Source of the DNA: the human T2T-CHM13v2.0 reference genome, Homo sapiens
DNA: 64,000 nt
Reading direction: 5' to 3' (one strand)
Assembly: GCF_009914755.1 (NCBI RefSeq)
Contig: NC_060942.1
In this document: piece by piece, positions 49,720-64,000 of the stretch
How positions within the stretch are numbered: the stretch's first letter is position 1
Layout of the letters: every line of letters begins with the position of its first letter
Program-made: the position numbers and the translations under genes
The notes under the pieces: model-generated
Seen by the model: the letters and a program-made list of their open reading frames with translations, nothing else
Database searches by the model: none
What the model was told of the DNA's origin: nothing

Positions 49720-50876
49720 TGAGGAGGGTGCCATGCTGTGTCCTTGGCAGAGTGGTGGCCTGCTGAGTCACTGGGGGTGTGTGTGCAGAGAGGGGAGTGG
49801 AGGTGGGTGGGGAGTGAGCTAAGGAGGTCTGGGGCTCCCCATAAGGGGGGCTCCAGCAAGACCAAGCTCTTTGCCTGTCTAGTACAGTTGTACTGGGTCC
49901 CCAGGCGGCCTCAGGGCACAGACAATGTGACCATCCTGCCTCCCCAGGACTTGCGCAGCTCACTCTAGACCAGAGGGGCCAGGTTTTGTCTCCTCCACCT
50001 GGCAGCTTCTGCTGCTCTTCCTCACAAGGTTCCCTTTGGTCTTGTAGCCTCCAGATAAGGGTGCTTTATGTGCCTGTGTCTCTCTCATTTGAGAGCAAAC
50101 TTCTGAGCTGTTGCACTTCTCTCTTTAATTCTTAAACCACAAATGCAAACATTCTATGGCTTAGGAATTCCAGATTCAGCGCACCATGCATGACATACTC
50201 TGTTCCATAGGTTTTAAGCACTTTGAGTGATAAAATTGTATGTTTACCTTTATCACTCCTCAGCATCACAGAGTAACCAGCATAACCAGCATGGAACATT
50301 CAGTTCTTTCCCCTCCCTTCACAGTCATCCTTGCTGGGCAGACTCTCACCATCCCTTGAGCCACCTCCTACACCAAGTATCCTGGGAGCTCCCAAAGAGA
50401 TGGGGAGGGTGAGTGGGGCAAGGAAGCCCAGAGCCGGGAAATGCAGCACCCCTCCCCTCTTTGGAATCAGTTTAAATTGCCATCCAGGTGGGCCCAGGCA
50501 GCTGAAATCCAGGTGGTGTCTCCAGCACAGGGTCCCAGGTGGGCAGAGCAGCTGGCACAGCTCTCATGAGGGCAAGAGCGCCCAGCCAGAGCCTGGCCCA
50601 GGTGAGATAAAGCACATGAGAGCAGAGTCCAGCCTCCTTGCTGTGGAGTGAGGCGAGGGCAGGAAGACTGTGTGGACGGCTGTTTTGTAAATCCCTGTGT
50701 TCATGGGGAAGGCATTGCACCCGCACTGCCAGGATTGGGTGTCTTTTGGCTCAGGCGCTGGGCAGGGCTGGGCCTGAAGGTGCCTGGTATTTAGAGCAGG
50801 TGGGCCTGACACCTGGCTTGGGCTGCCCCTACTTGCTTCTGAGGGCAGGTGGCTATAGTGTTCACACAAGCCCCTG

Positions 50877-52306
<1,430 letters not shown>

Positions 52307-52998
52307 TACTGAACCTTTTCTTCAGAGCTTCAGAGCTATTCAGATACATCCTGAAAAGGCCTCCTCTTCTCTGCTACCTCAAGTCTCTCCTCTGGCTCAG
52401 ATTTGGTGATGTAGTTCAAGATACATTTGTTCATTATTTGAAACTTTAAACAGCCCAAGCCCTCTTGTGACCCAGATAGTCTCCCTCCTATCTGTCCACT
52501 TACGCCTGTTCTGTGCCCAGTGACCCAGGCTGGTGACCTTCCTGGACAGCAGCAACAGGCTGGGGGGAGGTATCCCAGGTGCTCAGGGGGTAGGAGGGCA
52601 AGGACAATGGGGCATTTGGTCCCCCAGCTGCCTCTGTTGGCCCATAGGCTGCAGTATCCCAGCTGTTTCATCCTAAGGAGGATCTTGGCTCCTGGCAGGC
52701 AACTCACTGTAAGGCTCCAGCTCTGTCTGGGATCCAGCATCTGTTCCCTCTCCTTCCCCTTCAGCCCAGGGTAGGAGAGGTCCTCAGATCTTCTTAGCTC
52801 TGAGATGCTTCCCCATTACCAGAAGGCTTCCCTCCTGCTGCCACTGCCTTTGTCAATGCTGTAGGTGCTTTATTAAGCTCTCCTCAATCACTTCCTTCTA
52901 GTAGGAAGGAAGTGTCTATCCCTGGGACTATGAGTGACACGCAGCCTTCTGACTTGCTTTTCTACTGGCTGAAATTTGCCAAAGCTCTCCAGTTGTCA

Positions 52999-53361
<363 letters not shown>

Positions 53362-53383
53362 TTAAAAAGTGCATATGATGTAT

Positions 53384-53388
53384 TGTGT

Positions 53389-53427
<39 letters not shown>

Positions 53428-53457
53428 TGTGTGTAGAGAGAGAGAGAGACAGAGAGA
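53384..53457 (+). repeat. Compound (TG)n(AG)n microsatellite
   Basis: Direct reading. Confidence 0.95.
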
Positions 53458-54621
53458 TCTCAACTGAATTATGACTGGAGTACAGAATAATATTCTGTCC
53501 CTTTCTGTATCCCCACCACCTAGGAGAATGTCTGGTATGTAGAAATAATCCAGCAAATGTATACTTCGTGTATGAATGAATGAAGATACAGAGACTTCCT
53601 TACTTATGTCTGCCCTATTCTCATATGTCCCTCATATACATACCAAAGCCATACATATGCAACAGATAGTAAAAATATTTGTCTTTTATAACTTGGAACA
53701 CACTGAAGACATAATGAAAAGGTTGGATCTTTGGTCATTTAGAGTATTAATTGTATTAATTTAAATATTTCAAAAATAGATGGTAGGGAGAAAGTATGTT
53801 GCTCTTTTGTGGTAGATAATCTTGTAAGTCTTCGAAAACTCTTCAACATCTGCTTCAAAAGGTAATCATTTAGAATTTAAAAATGATTATATATATATAT
53901 GGCAGATATAACATAAATTTACTGTTAACATAATTCACATGCTAGAAATTGACCTAAGCACTTTACCATTATTAACTCATTTAATCCTCACTGCAAGCTT
54001 ATGAGGTGGGTCCCCACGTTCTAGAAGGGGAAATGGGAAGCCCAGAGATGTTTCATAGCCTCACAGGGTTGTATGGGATAGACCCGGGATTTGCTCCCCC
54101 AAGTCTGGCACCAGAGCCAGCCTTAGGCGCTGTGTGATGGCAATGTACGTGACGCTCCCGTCCTGTCTGTGCTGGGCTTAGCTGGAATGCTCATGGCCCG
54201 TGTGGGTGTTTGGTCATAATTGCTGTCCCTCTCGCAGGATGCTGTCATGATGTTGTTCATCACTGCCCACTGTGTTCCCCTGCAAAGATCCATTTGGACA
54301 ATCCCTTTAGTCCCGGAATAGTTGTGCTTCTTTAGGACATTAAAAAACGAAATAAAACAAAAATGTATGGACCCTGGGATTAAGTTTCCCTCTTTTTGCT
54401 GGCTACTAGAAGCATAGGGGCAAATGTATGGCTCCACCATGCAGGTGGACACAGCTTCATGGCCTGCATTATTTTGTGTGCAAACCTCATTACAGGTTCC
54501 AACATTTCATCCCTATCTGTAATTTTGCTTTTACTCCTTTTTTTTGTTTTTGATTTTTGGTGATTTCACATTGCCATTTTCTTTCCATCCTTATACACTG
54601 CCCTCAATCTCCTCCCCAGTC

Positions 54622-54937
54622 TTTTTTTCTTTTTCTTTCTTTTTTTTTTTTTTTTTTGAGACGGAGTCTCGCTCTGTTATCCAGGCTGGAGTGCAATGTG
54701 CAATCTTGGCTCACTGCAACCTCTGCCTCCCGGGCTCAAGCGATTCTCCTGATTCAGCCTCCTGAGTAGCCGGGATTACAGGCACCCACCATCACGCCCA
54801 GCTAATTTTTGTATTTTTGTAGAGATGGAGTTTCACCATGTTGGCCAGGCTGGTCTTGAACTCCTAACCTCAGGTGATCCGCCTGCCTCGGCCTCCCAAA
54901 GTGCTGGGATTACAGGCATGAACCACCGTGCCCAGGC
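54622..54937 (-). mobile_element. AluS (last Alu in the window)
   Basis: Full antisense dimer. Confidence 0.92.
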
Positions 54938-56004
54938 TTCACTCTTTTTTTCTTAAACAAAATGGGATGTAGATGAATACAAGCAATATATTGATGAAAC
55001 AGTGAAATATAATTGCTGTTTTCATTTCAGTGATACATTTTTTCTTACTTAGAATACGCTGTCCGGGCATATTTTACCTTTATGATTATTCTAAGCCTGA
55101 AAAATTTGTATATTCATACAGAAGTATTTCTTGTTTTACATTGTTAAATATTTCTGAGTCATGTTGAGAAGTATAGTGCAATTCTGCGGAAGACTCTGAA
55201 ACTTTATGAGCTTACCAAGGCTTATTTCTTGGGTTTTTTCTAAGTGGATTGTTACAGAGAAGCTCAACAGCAAGCAGAATGACTGAACATCAAAGGCTGT
55301 CTGAAGACGGTGCCAGGTTATAATTTTCCTTTTACAACCCCTAATGGACAAAGAACCTGCTTTTACTCAGCTGTTGCCTTTTAAAATTGATTTGGTTGTT
55401 TTCCCCTTGAGCAAATATATCCTTTAATTATAAGACCTCATGAGCTATTGTACTACTTCATTCCCAGAGAATTTTTTCTTTTGCTCTTAAATGTTTCCAG
55501 TGACAGTGGGATAATAATATGTGTGTTGCTAGCTAAGAGTGGGATTCTAAATATACAGGGATTCATCCTAAGCATCTAGAACATGACATATAATGTCTTG
55601 AGGCATTCTTTTAAAACACCCCTCCCACCCACATTGTACTTCTTCCTAGTCATTTTTTCTCTTCTTGTTAAGATTTATTGCTTCTTTGGAGGACAGCTGG
55701 GGACTAAAGTGTGCTCTACAGTGAAATTCTTTGCTCAATGTATTATCTTGTGGCAGATAGACCTGCACAAATATACTGTACTTTGTACTATCTACCTGAA
55801 GACACTTACTTTGCCCCACAAACTGGTGTGCAGTCATGGCATGAAGAAGACATACACTTCACAGGCAGGAAAACAGGGCCAGCTTTCCAGGGAGATGGTC
55901 TGGCAGCTGTTGGCATGGTGTAATTTCAGGAGGTAAGAGTAGGTTTCCCATGAGCCTGGAATTCCTTTAGCTGAGGATAAAGCTTTTAAAAGGCTCATGT
56001 CTTT

Positions 56005-56209
56005 AAAGATGGCAACAACAGCCACTGGGGACTACTAGAGGAGGGAGGGAGGGGAAAGGGTTGGGAAACTACTGGGTACCATGCTCACTACCTGGATGAT
56101 GGGATCTGTTGTACCCTAGACCTCAGCATCACGCAATATACCCATGTAACAAACCTACACATGCACTTCCTGGATCTAAAGTAAAAGTTGAAATTATAAA
56201 AAATAAAAT
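56005..56209 (+). mobile_element. Truncated L1PA16/L1PB-like 3' end with TSD
   Basis: CACTGGGGACTACTAGAGG...CAATATACCCATGTAACAAACCT; flanks TAAAAGGCT(C/A)ATG(T/G)CTTTA. Confidence 0.85.
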
Positions 56210-56339
56210 AAAAGGCTAATGGCTTTAGGAGAGGTAAGACATTGACTTCAGAGTCACATGAGATCAGCTTTCCTTAGGAGAAAGGGCAGCCCTGGCAATG
56301 TGATTCTGATGGAACAAGGGTGTGTATTATGGGCTGAAC

Positions 56340-56495
56340 CAGTGCTTCCCAAACCTTAGTGTGCATCTGGATCATTTATTAAAATGATGATTCTGATTCA
56401 CAAGGTGTGGCTGTGCCGGTAGATCCTGCATTTCTAAGATGCCCCTTGATGAGGTCAAGGTTGCTGGTCTGTGGGCCACATTCTGAGCAGCCAGG
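56340..56495. mobile_element. MER5A-like hAT-Charlie
   Basis: CAGTGCTTCCCAAAC...TTCTGATTCA...CTGCATTTCTAA...GGGCCACATTCTGAG. Confidence 0.7.
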
Positions 56496-56929
56496 GGCTA
56501 GAAGGGCTCAGAGGGAAGAGAGGAGCTGAGGCAAAGGCTGGGGCTAGTAGTAGGATGGGCAGCAGGGAAGAGGCGAGAGCTTTGGTGCAGAAAGATGAGA
56601 TCCAGGAGGAGGAGGAGGCAAAGCCTCCCAAGTGACTTTGAGGGTGGGAATGAACATGGTATGTTAGGGACACACAGACTCAAAGATTGGGGTAAAACTT
56701 CTCACACCCAGCTAACTCTTTCCATTCCTTCTGTTTGATCAGTAAACAGAAATTGGCTTTCTTGGGTATGTTCACATGGGTGCTGCAAAATCAGTCTGTG
56801 CAGCAATCCCTCGCGGAACCACCCAGGGAGGAAAGGCTCCTTGAAGAAGGGACCTGCAGGGTGCGCAGGTTTTCAGCATCAAACTCCCTCGCATTGGCTC
56901 TATCTCAACCTGTAGCTGTTTGAGATACC

Positions 56930-57170
56930 AGGGAAGCTAATTGCTTAAGAGCACAGGCTTCGGAATCCTACAGATGTAGGTTTACATCCTTGCTTTGTTA
57001 CCTACTCACTGGGTAACTGTAAACATGCCATGTGTCTTCTCCAAACTGCAGCCTCTGTATCTATAAATTAGAGATAATAATAGTACTGACATACTAGGGG
57101 TGTTGTAAAGGCCACAAAACATGTAAGCATTAGTACCTGGCACAAACTAAATCCTCAACAAGTGCTAGTT
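56930..57170 (+). mobile_element. MIR
   Basis: TTAAGAGCACAGGCT...ATCTATAAATTAGAGATAATAATAGTAC. Confidence 0.75.
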
Positions 57171-57531
57171 CTCCTCTTTCTTGTCCTTCTTACTATTAAT
57201 TTAATAATTCTGCTTGACTAATCCTTCTGGCAGGTGCCACTGTTTTTGACTTTTACTTGCTACTGCAATCACCTGCCCACTTATCCTCTCTTGACCTGCA
57301 TTTCCTCAAGCTGAAGAATCCCAGCAGATAGAGCTCCAGGTTTGGGACTAATCAGCAGCCCAGGGAGCCAAGCAGAGGAGGCCTAGGTTTCTAGTTCAGT
57401 GGGCAGCTTTGGCTTCTGGGGTTTCACATGCTTCTTGGAGAGTCAAATGCATGCACAAAGATTAGGGTATCCCTGATAAGTGTAACTACCATGGAGGGAG
57501 GCATTATCTTTGCTTGGAATATTTTAGGAAG

Positions 57532-57888
57532 TGTATTAGTCCGTTTTCATGCTGCTGATAAAGACATACCTGAGACCGGGTAATTTATAAAGAAAAAGAG
57601 GTTTAATGGACTCACAGTTCCACATGGCTAGGGAGACCTCACAATCATGGCAGAAGGCGAAAAGCATGTCTTACATGGCAGCAGAGAAGAGAGAATGAGA
57701 ACCAAGCAAAAGGGGTTTTCCCTTATAAAACCATCAGGTCTTGTGAGACTTACTACCATGAGAACAGTACGGGAGAAACTCCCTCCATGATTCAATTATC
57801 TTCCACCAGGTCCCTGCCATACAAAGTGGAATTATGGGGGCTATAATTCAAGATGAGATCTGGGTGGTGACATAGCCAAACCATTTCA
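57532..57888 (-). mobile_element. THE1 (THE1B-like) MaLR solo LTR, 357 bp
   Basis: TGTATTAGTCCGTTTTCATGCTGCTGATAAAGACATACC ... AGCCAAACCATTTCA; perfect 5-bp TSD GGAAG at 57527-57531 and 57889-57893. Confidence 0.93.
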
Positions 57889-57961
57889 GGAAGGTTTCGC
57901 AAAGAAGGAGCTTTTCCATTTGTCTTTAGAAGATAAATCGGAGTTTATTGGGCCCTTTTCA

Positions 57962-58074
57962 TAGGGTGACCAGTTATCCCAGTTTGCCTGAGATTGAGGG
58001 GTTTTGGAGATGCAGGATTTTTAGTGCTAAAACCAGGACAGTCCCAGGCAGACTGGAATGGTTGGTCATCTCTA
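57962..58074. mobile_element. MER81-like hAT-Blackjack MITE
   Basis: TIRs TAGGGTGACCA / TGGTCATCTCTA. Confidence 0.75.
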
Positions 58075-61000
58075 CTAGTCTGTCATGACCAGGGCTACCT
58101 GATCATGAGTCAAGGTCATGAGTACTGATCATCAGTACTTCCTGCTGATCTACCGAATTTGAGCTCTCTGAATTTCTACTGAATTAGAATTTCCAGAATT
58201 ATAGCCTGGGAATCTGCATTTTAACATGCTTTCTGGTTGCTTCTAATGTACACTGAAGTTTCAGAGTGCTGCAGTGACATTTTCCCTGCATCAGGGATTC
58301 ACTCTGTGTTCTCTCAGCCACGGTGATCCTCCATGGCCAGCGTGGGACACGTGAGTGGAGAAAAAGTGACGCAACATCTCTGCCGTCTCAACTTCTACCA
58401 CCACTGATTTCCAACTTAGCCAGGACAGTGGGGCCAAACTGGTATGCAGTGGGGTCGCCTAAACATCATTGTCTGTACTCCTGGCTCACCAGGATTTCCA
58501 GGTCTCCTTTCAGGCTCAGGGTATTCTGAATGTCCTGTGTCTTTAACAGAAAACGGGACCATGGGGCCTGCTTTGGTTCCCCATGCACCACAGTTCCTTC
58601 CCTCTGCCTCAGGGATCTTCCGGACAATACAGCCTCCATCAGTTTGTGTCCTTGGGTGAGAAGAGCATGGAGCAGAGCCCACCTTCAGTACACATGGGGC
58701 ATGGGTGAGATGCAAACATTATTTGAAGCCACTGAGGTTTTGGCATGCATGGTCACTGCAACCACAGCTAACTTACCATGATAGACACAAACTCCACTCT
58801 AACGGAGTGTGCCTCTAACTATCCTCAGTTCCTCAGTTGTAGGACAAAAGGCAGATGGACAGAACTTTCCAAATAGATTCCCTGGAATGGAGCAGAAAAA
58901 AAGCAAAGATTTCCTTTTAGAACTCCATGAACAGAAACTGAGATTCTGACCGAACTACAATAAAAAGATAGCCCCACGTGGCCATCCTTAGGCCTTTGTG
59001 CCTGTGCACCAGGAGTTTCAAGGAGCAACCAGTCCTGGGTTTGGTTTATGGAAAGGTCTTTCCAGCCTGAGTAGAATGCCAAGAAAAGAAGAAGCCAGAA
59101 ATTTACAGGGTCATGGAGATACAAGGCAGAGCTGTGGGATCTGGACGGCCAGCAGGAGCAGGACCTGGCCGTCCAGATGGATATTTTAAAGCTCAGAAAG
59201 TTTTCCCAAATTTGGGATGGACTTAGTCCCTGGGCAATTGAATTGCAATTCAAGTGGAAGCTGTCTTCTTTCTTTACCAGTGAGGCGGTTAATATACCTA
59301 TTTCTCTTAGCTAACAAGAGTGAGTTAAAGAATAATCTCAAGTACTGACTGCCAAAACCACAAGAAGGAAAGGGTTCCTCGTAGACTGCATGTGACTCCC
59401 CCTTGGGTACATGTGCCCACTGGCAATTGCATTTATGAGGCTCTCCCCGTTGTGCCATCTTCTCTCTACCCTGAACCAAAGGTGGCTCCTGAGGCTGGCC
59501 TGGAACCAGGACAAGGGGCTATCAACATTTCAAAAGATTCCCTGGGATTTTTGCCAAGTCATTTGACCAGAACATGCAGCAATATATATTTTGTGATTAC
59601 TAGAGACTGCTGTTCCATTTAGTTTTGAGTCATTCTGTCTCCACAGGAAGAAGTTGTTAGAGAGTTGTAGAGCTATGCGTGTAGGCTTCTAGGAGTGAGC
59701 TGCTCATACGTCTTCGTTCCTAGCGTGTTGTGAGCTGTGCCTGTCTCTTGTTTTATTTCTGTTTTCCTCCTTTGTCTAAGATCCCCATTCCTGATCCCTT
59801 CTCCTTCATAAGCATCTGCTCTGACCTCTTTGCTACTTATCCTTAAACACGCTCCCTTGAGGTGCGCTCACTGCTGTGGGCTGAGCACCTACTGTGTGCT
59901 GTGCTCTGTGTCAAGAGTCCCGCAGGAATGGGCTCTTACTCCTCACGCCAACCTTGCGTGTTACATGTGCACCAATGTCTCTTTCAATGCAGAGCGTCCC
60001 CCTAGGCATGCTCCTGGCCTTTCTCTGCTTACTTTTTTCCAGATGGTGAGTGTGGAGTCTAGAGCTGGGCATGCACAGCTCTGCCTCATCCCTTGGGAGC
60101 AGCCCAGTGCTCTTCTCTGTTTCACCCTGAGCAGAGAAGAGCCACATGGGCTGCCCGGCCACAGGGTGTATCAGCAACTACAACCTGCATCCTCTAAGAC
60201 CCGCTTCCCCAGAAATATGGTCTTTTGCCCTCATCTGCCCTGCTCCTCTTTCTTATTTGTTAATTGGTTCAGAACCAGATAGGAATGAGGGATGGTTTTT
60301 ATTGGGCCCTTTCAAAAACTTCAACATTAAGTATTATTATTATTTCTTTATACAGACAAGTGTAGTAAGGCACAAGGAGATTGAGTGAATCTCAAAGCTT
60401 AATTTCTTAAGAGATGGCACAGTTTGGAAGCTAGCACCAGACATTCTGGCTCCAGATTCTGCACTCTAAACCATTACAATACACTGCTCATAAAATATGA
60501 AGTGCTTTTTTAATGTATGTATTTTTAGACTTTGTATAAATGTGCTATCACATCTAGTTTGACGTCTTCAATTTTCCTGTGCTTTATATTATGTGGGTTC
60601 ACCCATATTGCTGGATATGCATCTATTTCTTTGCTTTTGATGACTATAGGGTGGTATTTGTATGGTCAATTAGTGAGACTATCTTTCACATTGATCATAT
60701 TGTCCCATTTCAACATTAGATTATTTTATATAATATTGCCTTGGGGGAAATCATATACAGGTATAAATGAGGTGTGTACCGAAAGTTACATCAGATATTT
60801 CAAACTTAAATTGCATTTTTTCCAATAAAACTGTTACAAATTAGAATTCTCCCTTAAGCTATGCCCAAAAAACTCAACTAGTCCCATGTAGTTATAAAAG
60901 CTTTAATATTTCACATTTGCAAGATAGAGTGGTAGAAGCCAATACTGATTTTGGGGGAAAATCCTAAATCCTCTCTGTGTAGTATTTGGGTTACAGGGAG

Positions 61001-64000
61001 CACAGAAGGCTCCCAGGATTGGGAAAAGCTTAAGGAAGGAAGACAAAGGGATGAGAGATTAAGGGAAGGGGGTGGAGCTGGGTCCAAGGAAGGTGTGCAG
61101 GGGAAGACCTGTCATTGTGTGGACGCTGGGGATGAGGGACCTTGGGGTTTCCCTTACTCCAGCCCAGAGGCCCCTCTCCAGAATGCTCAGCCACTACCAC
61201 CTACCCTCTTAAGACCCAGACTGCATTCCCCTAGAAGTAGCTGGATTGTTTTTAGTGGGATTGTCCTTGCTGGCATGGAAAATGCTTCCCCCACCCCCAC
61301 CACTAGTCCCCTCCTCCAGTGGGCAGAGTAGGATATGTTGCCCCCAGGCTCGCTGGGTGTGCCCAGAGCCAAGACTGCTGGCTCCAGTTTCTCTGTTTAA
61401 TCCACACCTTCTGAGGCAGATCTGTCTGGCTTACCTGTCCACCTCCCTGGCTCCTGTTGTACTCCATGTCCCTTCTGGGGTAGGCTGCCATCCCTGCCCT
61501 AGTTCCCAGCAGTGACATCCCAGAGCTGGATTTCAGGAAACTGAGGCTCAGGGACATTCCAATCAAGTCACCTGGCTCCCAGCCTATGCTGATGGGGCGG
61601 AAACCCAGTTCTGTTGTGCATCAGGCATGGAATCCACCCGCACTTCACTCCCCTTCCCAGCCACCTTCCCTCACCCCATTCCGTGGTGACCTTTCATAGC
61701 CCCCCTGCCCTGCGATGTCACTCTGACCCACACATTTGTTCTGCTATGAAAGATGCCTGCTGGGGTCCTTGGAAGAGCCAGAACATTTATGTGGGGGCAT
61801 TTGGAACTCAAGGGAAGTTCTGACATCCTGATCCAAGAGTTCACCTGGGATGTGCCTTCTCATCACAGTGAAAGTGACTTTGAGCTGTCCTGTTTTACGC
61901 CAAGTAAGTGGAATCCTTAGGGTTCTGGCTGACTCTCAGCATCGCCCTCATCCAGGCAGGTTACCGGCCCTGCCCTGGCCCACAGCAGCATTGGCTCAGA
62001 GGATTCCTGCTGCAGGTGAGAAGCGAGCCAGAAGACTGAGTGCGTGTTTTGTATTCACAAGGCCACGTGCATTCTAGACTTGACTATTTAATCACTCTTG
62101 TGAGGAGTGTTTTAAAGGAGAAGTGCAGTGCTGCACAAAGCAGAGAATGCAGACAACTACCCAGAGGGACCGCTCAGCGGAGGCCTGAGCTTAAGTAGGA
62201 GTTATCAGGCTCCAGGGGGCTGGGGTCAGGCTTCAGTTTGGGTCACGCTGAGCTGGGGTGGAAGTGCCGTGCCTCCAGGAAATCCGGCTCTGAAGTCTCT
62301 GTGAGAAGTCTGGGCTGGAAATTTAAATCAATCGTCGGTGGTATAAGATGGAAGTAGAGTGTGGAGGGAGGCAAGCCTGGACTGGGACCTGAACTCTGAG
62401 AGAACTGCAAGAGCAGAGGGGAGTGAGTCCCCGCACAGCAGTTGAAGTGTGGATGTGTGGGGAGAAGAGAGGTGGGGTAGGGCTGGAAGAGGATCTGGAT
62501 GGAAGGAGAGGCGTTTTCTTTGGGATGGGAGAGACACTTGCAAGCTGATGATGGGTGGGTCCAACAGAAGGCAGGGAAGTGCAATCTAGCAAGCAGAGGG
62601 AGGGATTGGCTTTTGACAGGAGGAGGTTCCTCCCTCCCTCCTTCTGGAGAGAAGAAGGAGCGGATGTGCAGATGCAAATGTATTCGTAGACTTGGGAAAG
62701 TAAAGGAAGCGGTTCCTTTTTTGTGGTTTTGATTTTGCTAGTGAAAGAAAAACAGTACTCAATGAGGGTGGAGGGAGCATAGGTGGGAAGTGGTGGGAGT
62801 TTGAGGAGCATGGAGAATCAGGCCCAGAAAATGAGCAGAAGTGAAGAAGGCTGCATAGTCAGGACCACAGCAGCAGAAGGCACAGAGCCCACCTGTGAGG
62901 ACACAGCTGTGTTCGAACACTACCTGCCGTGGCTAGTCCTGACCACACGTCAGCCCTGAGCCTGGACAGGGGACTCAGGACACCCCTGCTGGGATCAGCC
63001 ATTGTCCCTGGAAGTGAGATGGTGCTGCCATCACAGCCACTTCCAGAAAGAATTCTTCAGTGTCTCTGCCTTTTTGCATCACTTGCTCTAGATGCAGACT
63101 CTTGGAAGGAATCATGCAATTCACTGAGCCCAGCGGGTGCATCCCTGCTGCCTTACCTGCCAGGGGAGCTGAAAAAGCTGGTATTTTCAGCTTCTAAAGT
63201 TGGAGTTGCATTCTGTTCCCAGCAAGATTCATACGGTGGAAAGGGGATTCAGATCCTTGGAAGTCAAGGAAACAAAAGACAGATACCTGCACCATGGCTT
63301 CCTCTCTGGCCTTACTCTGGACAGCTGCCCAGTGTCCCTTGTGCTACACCCAAGCACCCAGAGAGTGGCCTCCTAATCCTGGAACTGTGACCTTCTTAGA
63401 GTGCAGGTTGGTGCCTCTGCAGATGCACAGCCTCTTACCTTATTTGGGCTTGTCATTGTGACAACCAATAAAATATCCCCTTCAATTTTCCAGACACCCC
63501 AGACCACGGTACGACAACTACCAAATTAAGGGATATAGTGTTCAGAAAGCAAAGGCAGCTTTTGGGCAAAGGGCAAGTTTTAAGAAGAATATTTAATCTG
63601 TAGCCCAGCTGATTTGAAATGACACTCCGACATAAAGCTCACTCCCAAAATAAATATTCTGACTAATAAAATTAAACATACTGAGCCAATTTAAGTGAGC
63701 TTCGTTATGCCCTTTAGAAATGTAGTCAAAAACGTTTCTGAAGTGTCCTGACATGAGTAAGGGCATTGGAAAAACAGCAAAGGATAATTTCAGCCTTAAG
63801 TAAAACTCTGAGTTAGCCAAGGATGCTGAATCTTAAGAAAGATGTAACAGAAGGAGAAGGGAATAGATATGACAATTAAAAGTTGGAAAGAACCATTATG
63901 AGTGCAGACCAGAAATGTTAACACTCTTTAGATAGAAGCATATTGGCCAAGAGGAGGAAACTGGAGTGTTATGGAGGGTATGAACTTACTTATGAAAAAC

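Noticed and set aside
56043-56065. G4-forming GGGAGGGAGGGGAAAGGGTTGGG
   Set aside because: The ordinary G-rich tract of L1 3'UTRs

Overview
Primate, almost certainly human, genomic DNA containing the 5' end of LAMA3 (laminin alpha-3, long alpha-3B/LN-domain isoform) on the + strand. It holds a CpG-island promoter, coding exon 1 (ATG 13953 to donor 14246), a ~23.9 kb intron 1, coding exon 2 (38192-38344) and the first ~25.6 kb of intron 2. Intron 1 carries an antisense RPL23A processed pseudogene with target-site duplications (TSDs), whose frame stays open through two compensating frameshifts. The rest is repeat-dense: about 45 Alu copies or fragments, L1/L2/MIR relics, solo LTRs (MER41, THE1, MLT1, MLT2, LTR16-like), hAT/Tigger MERs and microsatellites. 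Almost all entries in the ORF track are Alu- or GC-derived artefacts. I found no prokaryotic-type system and nothing I can call a new biological system. The best leads are small: the frame-rescued retrocopy, template-switch scars, an unusual exon-2 acceptor with flanking inverted Alus and a QKI-like motif array, and AP-1/ARE and GAS motifs. Repeat boundaries and subfamily names were read by eye from remembered consensus sequences and are approximate.
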